Source of the DNA: Octopus sinensis
Lineage: Eukaryota
NCBI RefSeq assembly: GCF_006345805.1
Contig: NC_043000.1
Location: 98,146,001-98,210,000, forward strand
Length of the DNA stretch: 64,000 bases
Direction: 5' to 3'
In this document: in pieces, positions 35,971-49,142 of the stretch
Layout of the letters: the number at the start of each line of letters is the position of its first letter
How positions within the stretch are numbered: the first letter of the stretch is position 1
Notes under the pieces: generated by a model
Told to the model about the DNA's origin: nothing
The model's database searches: none
Seen by the model: the letters and a program-made list of their open reading frames with translations, nothing else
Translations under genes and position numbers: made by a program

Positions 35971-36677
35971 AATAATAATAATGATTGATATGTTTGTTTT
36001 TACAGTCATTTTTTCACGCTGGTATGGACAAATAAATAAAAATATGCTGCAGTAGATTTTCTACAGCTGGATGCTTTTTCTGACACACACACACACGCCA
36101 GTTGAGCAATAGGGTTGAATGTAATTGACTTACCCTTCCCCTAAAATTGCTGGCCCCGACACTAGAAATCTAAGATCTATTACTGGCAGTTTCATACTAA
36201 TCTTAACTTAGAGATTAGCGTAACTGGTTTTGTGTAAATAAAATGCAATATAAGAGCTGATCTGTTAGTTTTAAGATAGAAAAAAAAAGCCTTGAACCAA
36301 ATGTCCTATTCAAACATTGTTATTCAGTTAAATAAGTTTGATTTCCAGGAAAGAAGAAACATTCAAGTTAATATGTAAATGTTAATTTGTTATTTACAAC
36401 TGAAGAAGTTTAAAATAGCAATCTGTGTATCATACTGATTACATATACATCTTGGAAAGCTAAATTTTTATTGAGCTGGCCAACTAATTGCACCATCAGT
36501 GATATTTCAACAATTGTTTTCCAATGTTACCGACAATGGATTTTGTCTTTGCATGCAGTTGCTACTGACAAAACCCCAAAAAGGCAAAAATGTGCATCCA
36601 CTGCTGTTGGATTTTTGTTTACTACTGATATATTTATGTGTTTTTTTTTTCTAAATACTGTATGTTTGTTTAAAAGG

Positions 36678-36989
36678 TGGAAGCGCAATGGCCCAGTGGT
36701 TAGGGCAGTGGACTCGCGGTTGGAGAATCGTGGTTTCGATTCCCAGATTGGGCGTTGTGTTTATTGAGTGAAAACACTTAAAGCTCCATGAGGCTCTGAT
36801 AGTGGGTGGTGGCGACCCCTGTTCTACTCTTTCACCCCAACTTTCTCTCAATCTTTCTTCCTGTTTCTTGAGAAATGCTGCAATGGACTGGCGTCCTGTC
36901 CAGCTAGAGGGAACACATACACCATAGAAACCGGGAAACAGGGCCCATGAGCCTGGCTAGGCTTGAAAAGGGCGCATAAATAAAAAAAA
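36678..36989 (+). mobile_element. tRNA-derived SINE with a GATGGACTGGCGTCCTGTCCAG-type central motif and A-rich tail
   Basis: TGGCCCAGTGGTTAG A box, TTCGATTCCC B-box-like; related to 59955-60248; imperfect TSD TGTTTAAAAG / TGTTTATAAG. Confidence 0.75.
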
Positions 36990-37428
36990 TGTTTATAAGA
37001 GATGTTATTTCAAGAAGAATAGTACAGTTAATTTGGCTTTCTGTGTTGTGTCTGCATTAAGTATTAACTATGGTACACAGATTGTGCTTGTAAGTGTTAA
37101 TATTTAAGCAGTGAAATACTTGGAGCATTAGTCAGACCTTTACACCTACATCACTGGCTTATAAGAAAATACAACACCAGATGACCAAATTTATTTTATA
37201 AGGTAATTTTTTTTGGTGGAAAATTCATTATGTGGTTTAAAAGAGTAGACGCCAGAAAAAGTAGAACTCTCTCACCAAACCTTTTCAAAGTATTTTTATA
37301 ATGCATAATGATATAAAGGCCTGTGAATATTTTGAAGGAAATGCTAAGGTAAAGAGGTAGAGATGTGTTGGGACAGAATGAGAAATTCAGAGATCTAACA
37401 AGATGTCTTGATAAGGCTGCAGGATATA

Positions 37429-37475
37429 GACTGTCTGACGATGGCTTAGCTGGCTAAAACTTCGAAGTCACTGTC
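37429..37475 (+). ncRNA. Minimal type I hammerhead ribozyme-like motif (GAAA mutated)
   Basis: GACTGT-CTGACGA-T-GGCT(TAGCT)GGCT-AAAA-CTTCGAAG-TC-ACTGTC: perfect stem III palindrome ACTTCGAAGT, GUC triplet, 5/6 stem I. Confidence 0.7.
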
Positions 37476-37508
37476 AACAATATTGTATAAGAATATATAT
37501 ATATATAA

Positions 37509-37789
37509 CGTTAATCCAAACAAGAAAGCACAAAAAAACACAACAACATGAGGACATGGAACAAATATAGTATTATTGGACGCTCAGGAAAGAAGGAGGG
37601 TTCAACGTTTCGAGCGGAGCTCTTCGTCAGAAACATAGGAGAAGGAAAGATCCAGAGAAGGGAAGACAGAGGAAAAAAAATTGCCAATGGTACACACGCG
37701 GTCACACACACATATATATACATACATATATACACACACACATACATACATACACACACACACATATACATACATACACACACAAACAT

Positions 37790-37824
<35 letters not shown>

Positions 37825-38016
37825 CACACATACATATACATAGGGACAATTCACAAAAAAATTAAAGACGAAGACAGATGGGGTAGACAACAAACAGATG
37901 TATTAGTTTAACGTTCAGGAAGTGAAAAAGTTGAGCCTAACGCTCTTCCACAGAAAGGAACACAGAAAGAAACAAGGACAGAAAATAAAGAATGTGTTGT
38001 GGCTAGCGATCTATCA
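37509..38016 (-). mobile_element. Dimeric hammerhead-bearing repeat (Penelope-like pLTR / retrozyme-like) inserted in (TA)n
   Basis: Two related subunits (GTATTA..ACG(C/T)TCAGGAA at ~37570 and ~37900), each next to a hammerhead motif (37600-37634 intact core; 37931-37956 eroded); (TA)n flanks. Confidence 0.6.
37600..37634 (-). ncRNA. Minimal type I hammerhead ribozyme-like motif, core intact
   Basis: Reverse complement: GTTT-CTGACGA-A-GAGC(TCC)GCTC-GAAA-CGTT-GAAC. Confidence 0.75.
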
Positions 38017-38544
38017 TATATATACATATATATATGTATTATACATATTATATATATAACAGCTTCTATCAGCAAAATTCACTCATAGTGTTTGGTTGAC
38101 CTGGAGCTATAGTAGTTGGCACTTGTCCAAGGTGCCACACAGTGGAACTGAACCGGGAAACTTCTGGCCACACAGCTATGCCATCAACATCACCATTATT
38201 GGCTTAATGATACTTTTCCATGCTTGCATACACACACACACACTATCCTATACATAAGGCAACATTTAGACAAACTGATACTTAAAAACTGACACACTTA
38301 TATGATGTATGCATGTATGTGCCTATTCAAAAAGAAGTTAACTAGGCATGTGTATGAGTGTGTGTGCATGTAAATGGTGGGGGAAGAGGCTATGGTGGAG
38401 TAATAGAAACAAAGCAAATGTAAGAAAATGAAAAATTTAGCCTTGCTGTTAGAAACTATATGGATTTAACAGCAGTTTTGTTAGACAGTTGTTTCTAACC
38501 CCTGAAGAGATCCAGACCACCAACAGGTCAGAGTTTGGTATAAA

Positions 38545-39190
38545 GAGATTAGAGACAGACAGACAGATACATAGATAGATAGATGGAGGGGCAAGTAAAG
38601 CAAGATAGACAGAACTATCGACTAGGTTTTATGATGTCTGTCTAGATATCTACAGAGATGTATGATAGCTAAATGAACAGATATAAAAAGCTTGATAGAT
38701 ACACAGATGTACAGAGCTAGACAGGCAGACAGTTAGACAGACATATGTAGACAGGCATATGTAGGTAGCTAGAGAAACAGAGAGTTAGACAGACAAACAT
38801 TGCTATCTAGACAGCTAAACAGACACTATACTAAATACCTGACAGAGACATAGATAGCCAGACAGCAGACATAGATAGCTAGACAAATTTAGACAGCTAA
38901 AGCTAGGTAAGCAGATAGGCAGGCAAAGATAGCTTGTCACAAAGATATAGTTAGATACCTAGGCAAAGAGACTAACATAGCTACAGAGACACCCCAACAT
39001 AGATACCTGACAGACACAGATGTAGATAGCTAGACAGATGGAGATAAAACAGGCAGAAATGGACATAGATAGCTAGACAGAAATAAATAACTTGACAAAA
39101 GGACAGTCATAGCTAGATAGCTATATATAGATAGAAAGACACAGACATAAACAGAGACGAAGAGAGATAAGTGGAGACAGATACAGAACA
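38545..39190. repeat. Degenerate purine-rich (GACA/GATA/GCTA)n satellite-like tract
   Basis: Recurrent AGACAG, ATAGATAGCTAGACAG motifs over ~650 bp. Confidence 0.8.
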
Positions 39191-42100
39191 CTAAGAAGGT
39201 GAGAATTTAAAGAATGAATTATAGTGCTTCAGAAATACACCAGCTTCAGGAAAATTTAGCTGCTAACATTGTCAGTGGTGTCATTCAAAGAATATCAAAG
39301 AATTGCACCAAATCTCTTTATCTGAGACAAACAATATATTTCAATCAATGTCATCATCATCATCGTTTAACGTCTGTTTTCCATGTTGGCATAGGTTGGA
39401 CAGTTTGACTGAGGTTTGGAAACACAGCAGCTGCACCAGGCTCCAATCTGATCTGGCAAGGTTTCTACAACTGGATGACCTTCCTAACACCAACCATTCT
39501 GAGAGTGTAGTGGATGCCCTTCCTGCTAACGACTTTATGGAGTGTGTGCATATATGTACATACATATATGTATGTAGCTCTGTGTATATGAAGCTTGCTT
39601 TCCAACAATGTAGTTTTATGTTCAGTCTCACCACATAGCATCTTGGGTGTTCTCTATTCAAGTCGTGGGTTAGTCAAAGACTTTTGAATGGATTTGATTA
39701 ATGGAAACACACGTACGTATGTATGTATATACATACACATACCTGTGTGTGTGTGCATGTGCATGTTTGAGTGTATCCTTGTCTTGATATTGTGTAATAG
39801 TTGTAGACAAGGATCACCATCACACAAGCAATTTCATTCATTACCAATCTTTAAGGAAAAGATGTCCAGGCATGGTGAAATATTACTTTACTTAGAAACA
39901 ACTAAGGATTGACAGCAGGAAGTTGCACTCAGCAGTAGAAAATTTGCCTCAATGAATTTTATATGACCCCTGCACACATGAAAAAGTGGACATAAAATGA
40001 TGACCATACACCAGAACCTCTTACACACAGCTACACATATTGATTAGTTGTTGGTTATCTTCAGGTCGGCAATACTGGAAGGATCTATGATCAAAGGCAT
40101 TCTAGCCATGACCATCTCACTTTTCATTCAAGCAAAGTACATCTACAACTATTTAAAGATAATTGAAGGATATGCAGCTGTTATTTTTTGTTAACTTGAA
40201 ATACTTTATATTGTAGCAAGAGGAGAGAACAATAGAGTCCACTTCCAAGAAACTTAATGTCATGTAATCTTATTTTAATTATATTCTCCTATCAATGTAA
40301 TAGTTTGGTCTTGAGAGCCACAGTGAGAGATCTATAATGTTCTGTCTCGGTAAAACAGATATGTTACCATTTTAATACATACCTTCCTAAGACTGCCTGT
40401 ATGAACGTATTCATATTTACTATAAAATCCCAATGATAAAATCTCATTATAACATATAAGATATCATGAGATTTCAGTTAGTCAACACCAACATGCATAC
40501 ATAAAGTTACAGATATTTTAGTAAAACCCCTCTGAAATCTGAGATTGAAAATTAATTGAAAGACAGACAATTTATTTATGAGAAATCTAAGTCACAATGA
40601 AAACTGTACAACCTACAAAGCATTTAACATTCTGTACATGTAATAGAAGTTGAATGAGAGAAGTCAGTGAAGAGAGAGAGGGGGACAATATATGATGGAG
40701 CTGGTGCAATTACATGCAAGAAATAAAAAAAAAAACAACTGGTGGGAATTGAATCCACATCACCCAGAAGTCATAGGTTTAAACCCCAGTAGCTATGATG
40801 TTACTTGTCTTCATTGACATTTGGTTTAAAATATATACTCTTTTACTTGTTTCAGTCATTTGACTGTGGCCATGCTGGAGCACCGCCTCTAGTTGAGCAA
40901 ATCGACCCCAGGACTTATTCTCTGGAAGCCTAGTATTTATTCTATTGGTCTCTTTTGCCAAACCGCTAAGTTACGGGGGATGTAAACACACCAGCATCGG
41001 TTGTCAAGCGATGTTGGGGGGACAAACACAGACACCCAAACATATACATATACAACAAGCTTCTTTCAGTTTCCATCTACCAAATCCACTCACAAGGCTT
41101 TGGTTGGCCTGAGGCTACAGTAGAAGACACTGCGTGGCACCGAACCCGGAACCATGTGGTTGGTAAGCAAGCTACTTACCACACAGCTAAATTTGTGCTG
41201 ATACATTTAATAAATATTGGGCCCAGTGTATTTATTTGACCAGGGGATGGGGGCAGTAATGCTGCCAAAATGGCACCACATTATTGAAGGCTATATATTC
41301 TGCAAAGTATTTAACCTTCTGTATATGTATATCAGCAGAGCCTGAAACACTTGAGAGAAATACATACATCCTTCTTTCCCCTGTCTCCTCTTCCCACTAC
41401 AAGTATTGCAGTTCCTCCTGCTGCTGTTACCACTGCCACAACCAATTTATGAGTATGTTTGGCATGAAGTAGTGATCCTCTGGCATTTTTCGTTATTACA
41501 TCAGGTCTCTTAAGAGAAGTCTGTTGAATTAACCTTCCTAACATAGGTAATTTTAGCTTATAGGATTTCAGTAAACTTTAATTACTCTTTACTACCATTA
41601 GCTAATAGCCTGACATGATTTCTGGGGATATAAGCTAACAGATTCTTCAAGAAGGTTATTATTTATTTACAGACACACACACACACACACACATACTAAA
41701 TTCAAGTGTGTGGTGTGTACATGTACATGCATGTGGAAGGGGGCCAGGGTAATGAGGTTATATATACTGGCACAGCCTAATCACCCTAATCATTAATGTT
41801 AAAAGTCAAACTGGTTTTGGTTTCAAAGGGAGACTATTCTAAAATTTGATCACAGGCTTTTTTTTTTCCACAGATGCAAAAATAAATTTACTCCTTTTAT
41901 CCTGAGACTACTTAGCCTCAGACAGGCACCACTTCCGTTTTATAGTTTGAGGATACTGAAAATTGCAGCAGGAAGAACAACTGTCTATAAATACCCTAGC
42001 TTCCTCATTTTATATGCAAATGTCTAAGGTTTGCAGTGGCAATCTGCCTACAGAAGAGTGAAAGAAGGCAGAAGTGATGTAAGCATTAAAACAAATTATT

Positions 42101-42669
42101 ACACATGAGCATGCACACACACACAAAGATTAATTAATATACAATGATGTTTTATTGTTTATATACATCACATTTTGGAAATTATATAAACAGAAACACA
42201 AATACACAAACAAAAACAAAGAATGTACACGAAAATTATCTCTCTCTCTCTCCCTCTCTCTCTCACACACACACATAAATGTATACATATACAAATATAA
42301 TTTTTAGTTTTCATGTACACGTGGTGTAAACAGTGACCCAATTTCTTTCACAGTCACTGCCAAATTAGCATCAAATAGAGGTATAGCAATGCATATGATA
42401 TATTAAAGTACATAACACTGTGTGTTCGAAAGAATCATGCCTCACAAGCATCAGCAAAAAAAAAGTACATAGGCAGAGTGCCACATAAATTAAATTTGTA
42501 GTGGCACATTAGCATATGGCTCAGATCATTTTTACTGCTTTGTAAGTGACCCATCTAAAAACAATTAGCCTTGAGATTCCTGTTACATCAGTGTTCTGTG
42601 AACTGTGAAGAAGTAGTTAGAATTCAGAACTGCCGCCAGCAACCAGTTTAACAAGCAGGCATCTAAATA

Positions 42670-42884
42670 TGAGGGGGTGCTGAAAAGTTCCTGGCTTTAA
42701 GGGTATTGCAAAAAGCCTGGTTGGAGGCCCACCATTCTGAGTTCTTTTATAAGGCTTAGAAAAACTGAATGACTGCTGCAATAAGTGTGTGAATCAGAGA
42801 GGAATATGTTGCATAAAATCATAATTAACTGATCCTCCTGTATTTTCTTTTACCCAAAAGCAGGAACTTTTCAGCACACCCTTG
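42670..42884 (+). mobile_element. mariner-derived MITE / internally deleted mariner
   Basis: TA TSD; TIR TGAGGGGGTGCTGAAAAGTTCCTG / CAGGAACTTTTCAGCACACCCTTG; residual transposase C-terminus LEKLNDCCNKCVNQRG. Confidence 0.85.
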
Positions 42885-44268
42885 TAGCCAGATGCCAGCT
42901 AGAAACAGCAGCCAAGCCCATATCATATCATATTACATCCTACTGTCTTGTCCAGGAATAGGACAAACTGGATGTGGTCCTAGTTAAGCAATGCCCGAGA
43001 TAAGGACAAGATGGCTGCAGGGTTGCCAGATTGGACAACAAATACCAGAGTTTGCTACAATTCAGGACTGCAGGCTATTATTTTTTTAATTTGTACTACA
43101 TGTTAATTTACAATTTTATTGTTTAAAGGGAAGAATTCTATTGAATATCTCATCAAATTATTAATTAAGTAAATTAGAACTAACCTGCAGGCATCTATAT
43201 ATTTCAAATTAGTAACAAAATGTTTATTTTGGACTCCTTTCTGACACAAAGTGCTAGTGTGTGTTTTAAGAAATTGATCTAGCAGCCCTGGAAGGTCATA
43301 ATTGGAATGCTTTTTATTATGTCTGCTCAATCAAGACTAATCTATGGTTCAGTAATGATGTGTAATGTTTAAAAGTACTATGCATATAATTAGATAGAAC
43401 ATTAAATTTCTTTATAACATTTACAAATAAGAGTCAATTATAAAAACTCAGCAGTTATTCTACATCATCATCATCATTTTAATGCCCACTTTTTGATACT
43501 TGCATGGAATTTGCTGATGCTAGAATTTCTGTAGCTGCTTGCCTGACCTCTGTTTCCAAGCAAGATAATATTTCTCCATGGTCAAACATATTTTCACAGA
43601 AGATTGGAAATGAAGGACACTGCTTGTGTGATGGTGGCACTCATTTACAACAATCATATGATGTTACAGCAAGGAGACAGTAACACACACACGTTTATAT
43701 ATACACACACATGAGTAGGATGGGTGATAGGAGCCAGCTAGGTAGAAAATCTACCCAAAGCTACTGTGTCTGTTTTGGCAGGGATTTTACAGTTGGATGC
43801 CCTTCCTAACACCAACCACTCTACATTGTACTAGCACCGACAAAGTTAGTTTTGGAAAGATTTTTACAGAGTGATGCCCTTTCAGATTCCAACCACATTA
43901 CAGTGTGGACTGGATGCTTTTAATGTGGCACCAGCAGTGGAACCAGGAGTGGGTGTCCATTAAAACCTTGACTGCAGCTGACTGTTGGATGTTGTTAGCA
44001 CTTGTGAGGGACATGGTGAACTTGTTGGCCAGAGCTGGCTCAACTCACCATGACTAAATACTGTACAAGTAACACCTAACTCACTGTCAATATTATAACA
44101 ATAGTACTATTCAATTGCTGCAATAAGAGGAGAGCCAAATCTGCACACATTTTATCCCCTTTGTGCTAGTAGTTACGTCTCCCTCTCTTTGGAACTATTT
44201 CCTTTCACAATTCTTCCTCATTCTCAATATCATTCTTTGTTACTCTTTTTATGTATATATATGTATAA

Positions 44269-44312
<44 letters not shown>

Positions 44313-44402
44313 AGTGAATGGAGGATTGAATTCGGAACATAAAGAGCTGGAACAGTAGTAGTAGTAATAATAATAATAATAATTATAATAATAATTTCAA
44401 AC

Positions 44403-44570
44403 CATTTGTCCTTCTTTTGCCATTTTCTTTATGTTATTTATAATCTTTTTCTCATCAGATTCCATTTTATTTCTTTCTCGGTCCAAATCTCGCATGGCTC
44501 TGTTTAAAGCACGTTGATTCTGACGCAGCATCTGCTCTGGCGTCTTCTTGCGACCAAACAGCCAATCCAT
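44403..44570 (-). CDS. CHMP2A: CHMP2A coding exon 1: MDWLFGRKKTPEQMLRQNQRALNRAMRDLDRERNKMESDEKKIINNIKKMAKEGQM
   Basis: ATG at 44568-44570, donor GTTTGA at 44401-44402; 168 nt; typical CHMP2A N-terminus. Confidence 0.97.
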
Positions 44571-44603
44571 GCTTATAATATTAAAGCAAACAAAATGGAA
44601 CCT
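44571..44603 (-). other. CHMP2A: 5' UTR part of the first CHMP2A coding exon; implies a further upstream non-coding exon
   Basis: Long poly-T tract then TTTTAG acceptor at 44604-44605 on the minus strand. Confidence 0.6.
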
Positions 44604-47077
44604 CTAAAATAAAGCAAAAAAAAAAAAATTCTTGTAGTGAACGTTTTCTCAAATAACAAAAATAATTTTAGATATTTAAAGTGAAACTATCAAACAGGAA
44701 GCAAAAACTTTAAAAAAATAAGGTTTAATTAGAGGGAAAAGGCACACTTATGACATATTAGAGGGGCTTTGAAGGCTGGTGCATAAAAAGGAAGAAATAA
44801 TGACTTGTGTACTGCTGTGGGAAGGCAGAGTACATCAAGATATTGAATTATTCATATATTGAAAACCTGGTTTCAATTCCTGCAGCAGAATACTCTGCTA
44901 AGAATATCAAAGTGAAGGTGGCAGTTTTAAACTACATGACAGATTAAGTTCACTACTTAAGAACATGTAGAATTCAAGATGCTTCCACACAGTTTCTGTT
45001 TACTCAATTTTGTTAACAATACTTGAGTAGATTTAAAGCTATTGGATTGAATATGGAACTACTATAGTCTTAGATGGCAGAAACAAGTAAAAGAACTTTC
45101 TGCACTTGTCACGCCTTGTAAGTGATTCGATCTGAGGCCATGCTGTTACATCATAGTAAAGCCATTTAATCACCCAAAGACACACAAAAGTGGTTTATTT
45201 CTAACACTTTTTACACTGTAACTGTTTGAAACTTAGTAATGGGAGAGTCCTTATAGATCTGTTTAACTCTTTAGCATTTAGATTACTCTGTCAAACGTAA
45301 TACTTATTTATTCCCATTGTTTTGAATTAATACTGCATTTCTCAGTTTCAAGATTTTGATGATGTGATTGATTATTTTTAGAATAACATTATAGGGTAAG
45401 TGTGAGAGGCCAGATATGTCCAGTTTGAACGTAAAAATAGGCTGAATATTGGGGCTGGACATCATCATCATCGTCATTTAATGTCCGCTTCCCATGCTGG
45501 CATGGGTTGGATGGTCTGACTGCGGATTGGCAAGCCAGAAGGCTGTACCAGGCTCCAATCTGTTCTGGCAAAGTTTCTACAGTTAGATGCCCTTCCTAAT
45601 GCCGACTACTCCAAGAGTATAGTGGGTGCTTTTTACCTGCCACCGGCACGAGGGCCAGTCAGGTAGTACTGTCATCGACCATGTTTGAATGGTGCTTTTT
45701 ACACACCACTGGCATGGGAGCCAGTCAGGCGGCACTGGCATCGACCATGCCTGAACGGTGCTTTTTACATGCCACCAGTATGGCCAGTTTAAATATTTAA
45801 AAGTTTAAGAGATCACTTGAGGCCTATAAAAACAGCATTTAAAAATAGATCAAATTACAGTAATACAACAATAATTTTGATACATCATAAAATAAATGAA
45901 AAGTAAATAATAGTTTTTATGGCTAAAATAGTTCTTCCATGATTTAAATAAAAGAACTTTTTCTGAAAATAAATATAAAATTGTTTAGGAGTTAATACAT
46001 AATGGTGAAAAATGGGGAATATGTGTCAATAAAGAAAAACACCAAAGGCAAAATTAAGACGAACAAATAGGACATGCAATTTACTTGTCAACTGTAAATC
46101 AAACTAATGAGTTTTTTTAGTGTGTTGGTGAAGTATGTTTTATAAAAACACATACATTATTAACTAAGCTAATGATGATCTAGTCAGATGCAATATTGGA
46201 TTCAATGAAGCTGCTAATGTTGTCATAGATAGAGACCCATGGCAAAAGTAGATTGGCACAATAGTTGAGTAAACAATATTTCTTATCTTATGTAGACTGG
46301 AGAAATCAAGGAAAATTTCCCTTTAACCAGATCAGTGGTTGTTTTTGATTTTGTGACACAATGAAGAATAAAATAAAAATAAAGCAAAAACAAAAGAAAA
46401 AACACTGGTACACTAGATGAAAAAAAATTACTTTAGAACTTCACATAGAAGAAGTATTCCTTCAGACTTTCCCCAGCCCTTGAGCAAAACAATTGACAAT
46501 TTGAGCAAAAATATTTTAACTTCAAAATTAACATGTGACATTCGAACTTTCTTGCAGTTTATCAAGCATACACTTGTAAATTAAAATGAGCGGTAAGAGT
46601 TTAATATGCACAGTCTCAGTACAGTCACTGCATAACCATGCACCTGTGCATCTTAGAGAGAAAGCTTTTACTGATTAAAATTTGGAGGATGGGGGTTGGG
46701 AGAAAAAGAGAACTATTCATTTGTTTCATTAACCAAACTTGTGCAGAGCATAATTATCAATAATGTTTTTCAAGATCCCCGAAGTATTAATATAGATGCT
46801 CTAATGCTTAAATCATATCTTTAAAAATTCGCATTGCATCTAGATGCACCAGTGTGTTGTGGCACACTATTTGAGAATTGTTGAACAAGAGATATGATAG
46901 CATGTGAATATCTTTTTTTTTTACAAGAGAGAGAATTGAAATTAAAATGTAATATAAATGTAAAAGGAATGTCTCTTAAATGTTGAGGAGCCACTAAAAG
47001 TCAAGTAACAAACTTTAGATGTGGGCCTCTCAACCTCCCGAGTTCTACCACCTCTGATTTTTCCCGCAGATGTTCAG

Positions 47078-48478
47078 TTAGTTAGTTAGTTAGTTAGTTA
47101 ATTTGGCTCAAAAGCAAATAGCAAGGCCATGTAGGGGGACATGGAGTTAAGTACAGGGTGGTGTTCATGTAAAGAGTTCAGGCCACTTGAGGTCCAGGGA
47201 GGCTTTGAACAAAGCGGTCGTCGGCATCTTCACCATCTCGTTTGGCAGCTTGTTCCACGGATCCGCAACCCGGACGGAGAAAGCTCCTCTCCTTCGATTG
47301 AGATGAAATCGTCGCAGGTAGAGCTTTTCGGAATGACCCCACAGCCGACGCTCCGGAGCAGGAGTGAAGAACAGCTCTTTCGAGAGGTTACACTTCCCAC
47401 TTATGATGTTGTGGGCGAGAATGAGATCACCACGGCGGCGGCGTTTTTCAAGAGAACAAAGGTCGAGCGTCCTCAGCCTTTCTTCGTAGGACAAATTTTT
47501 GAGACCATGAACCATGCGGGTAGCCAGCCTCTGGACTCTTTCGAGGTGCTGTATGTCTTTGAGGAGATAAGGAGAAGAGGCTTGAATCCCATACTCCAAT
47601 ATGGGTCTCACCAGCGTGACATAGAGTGGCAGGAATATGGCTGCTGTGAGCATTCCGAATGACCGTCGAATCAAAAACAGAATTCCGCGCGCTTTGTTGG
47701 CAGCATGGACGCACTGGGCCGAAGGCGAAAAGGAGGAATCCACCAAGATACCCAGGTCCTTTACCTGATCGGTCCTCTCCAGCAGCAGACGACCCGGCTC
47801 GAAATCAAGTTGAGTTGCAGGAGTAGAGCCGACAGGCAGATGACAGCACTTCGACACGTTCAGACACAGGTCCCAATCGTTAGACCACTTCCAAATTTGG
47901 TGGAGGCATCGACGAAGATCCTCTATACTACCGCGAGGAGCGACCAGTTTGATATCGTCGGCAAATAGAAGGGTGTGTTGCGTGAGGTCGTCGGGCAAGT
48001 CATTTATGAAGACTAAGAACAACAAGGGCCCAAGCACTGAACCTTGAGGCACGCCACTGCTCGCACTGGAGACGTCGGACCGCGAACCATTAACTTGAAC
48101 TTGGAAGGAGCGATCTGAGAGGAAGGCACCAACCCATCGTACAATATCCGGATGGAAACTATATGCTTGAAGCTTGACAAGTGTAGGCGGTGGTTTACCG
48201 AGTCAAAAGCTTTGGCAAAGTCCAATAAAACGATGTCAACAGCATCACTATCATCGAGGATGCGCGTCACCAATTCTTCCATTACTAGTAAGTTGGTCAA
48301 GCATGATCTCTTCGGCACGAAGCCGTGTTGGGAATCAGTGATCGAGGCTGTGTTTAGGAGGTGGAGCATCATACTTTTCTTAAGGATGGTTTCGAACATC
48401 TTGCTGATTATTGATGTAAGGGAAACCAGTCGGTAGTTAAGTGGGTCTTCGCGGCTCCCTTTCTTGAAAATTGGGCAA
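47078..48478 (-). mobile_element. Young 5'-truncated CR1-group LINE (RT domain) with a (TAAC)n tail
   Basis: NYRLVSLTSI, QHGF, LLDFAKAFDSV, PQGSVLGPLLF, LFADD, VRPILEYG; apparently one frameshift near 48185; (GTTA)n at 47078-47100; CpG-rich. Confidence 0.92.
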
Positions 48479-49142
48479 CAGTATTGGACAATCTAGGTGC
48501 CAACAGTATCAATCTCACAGTCTGGAAGTGTGGCCTGCAAAGATCCTGCATGAACACCCCCACCTCCTTTGACTAACTTGCATAAAAAATAAATAAATAA
48601 GAACATCAGCAGCTTCAGATTATCAAGTACTACCTAGTTAGAGTTTTATCTCTTACCTACTTAAGACCAAGAACCAGAACTAAGTATCAACCCATAATAG
48701 CTTTCAGAGATTTTTTTTGATGGATATTTGTTTATGATTCATTATTAATTCAGATTTTTTATTTCCTTTCTATCTAAATTTTCAAAATAGCTTTTATGTA
48801 AATCCAATAATTCATTCATTAAGTCACAGATACATTTGCATATCAGACTGATAAATTTTGAGCAGCCACTAAATTCTTGTAGAGGAAGGGAGAAGCCTTT
48901 AGAAAAATTAATGAAGTTCAGTATACTAGTGGTACTAATAAAAAATATTCTGTTAGGTCTGCTTGATAAGAGCTGAACTGTGTTATACTACAACACCAAC
49001 AACAAGTACTTATTTCAGCAATCTTGAAATAGTAAAAAGGCAACATTGAATCTTAACAGATTTGAACTTTTCATTCAGCACTTTTTTTGTATTTGGTTTG
49101 CAAAATTCTTTATGTGAATTTGTGTGTTGAAGCATATTTTAT

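Noticed and set aside
44452-44460. CTGATGA on the minus strand
   Set aside because: Lies in CHMP2A coding sequence (S-D-E codons), with no flanking stems
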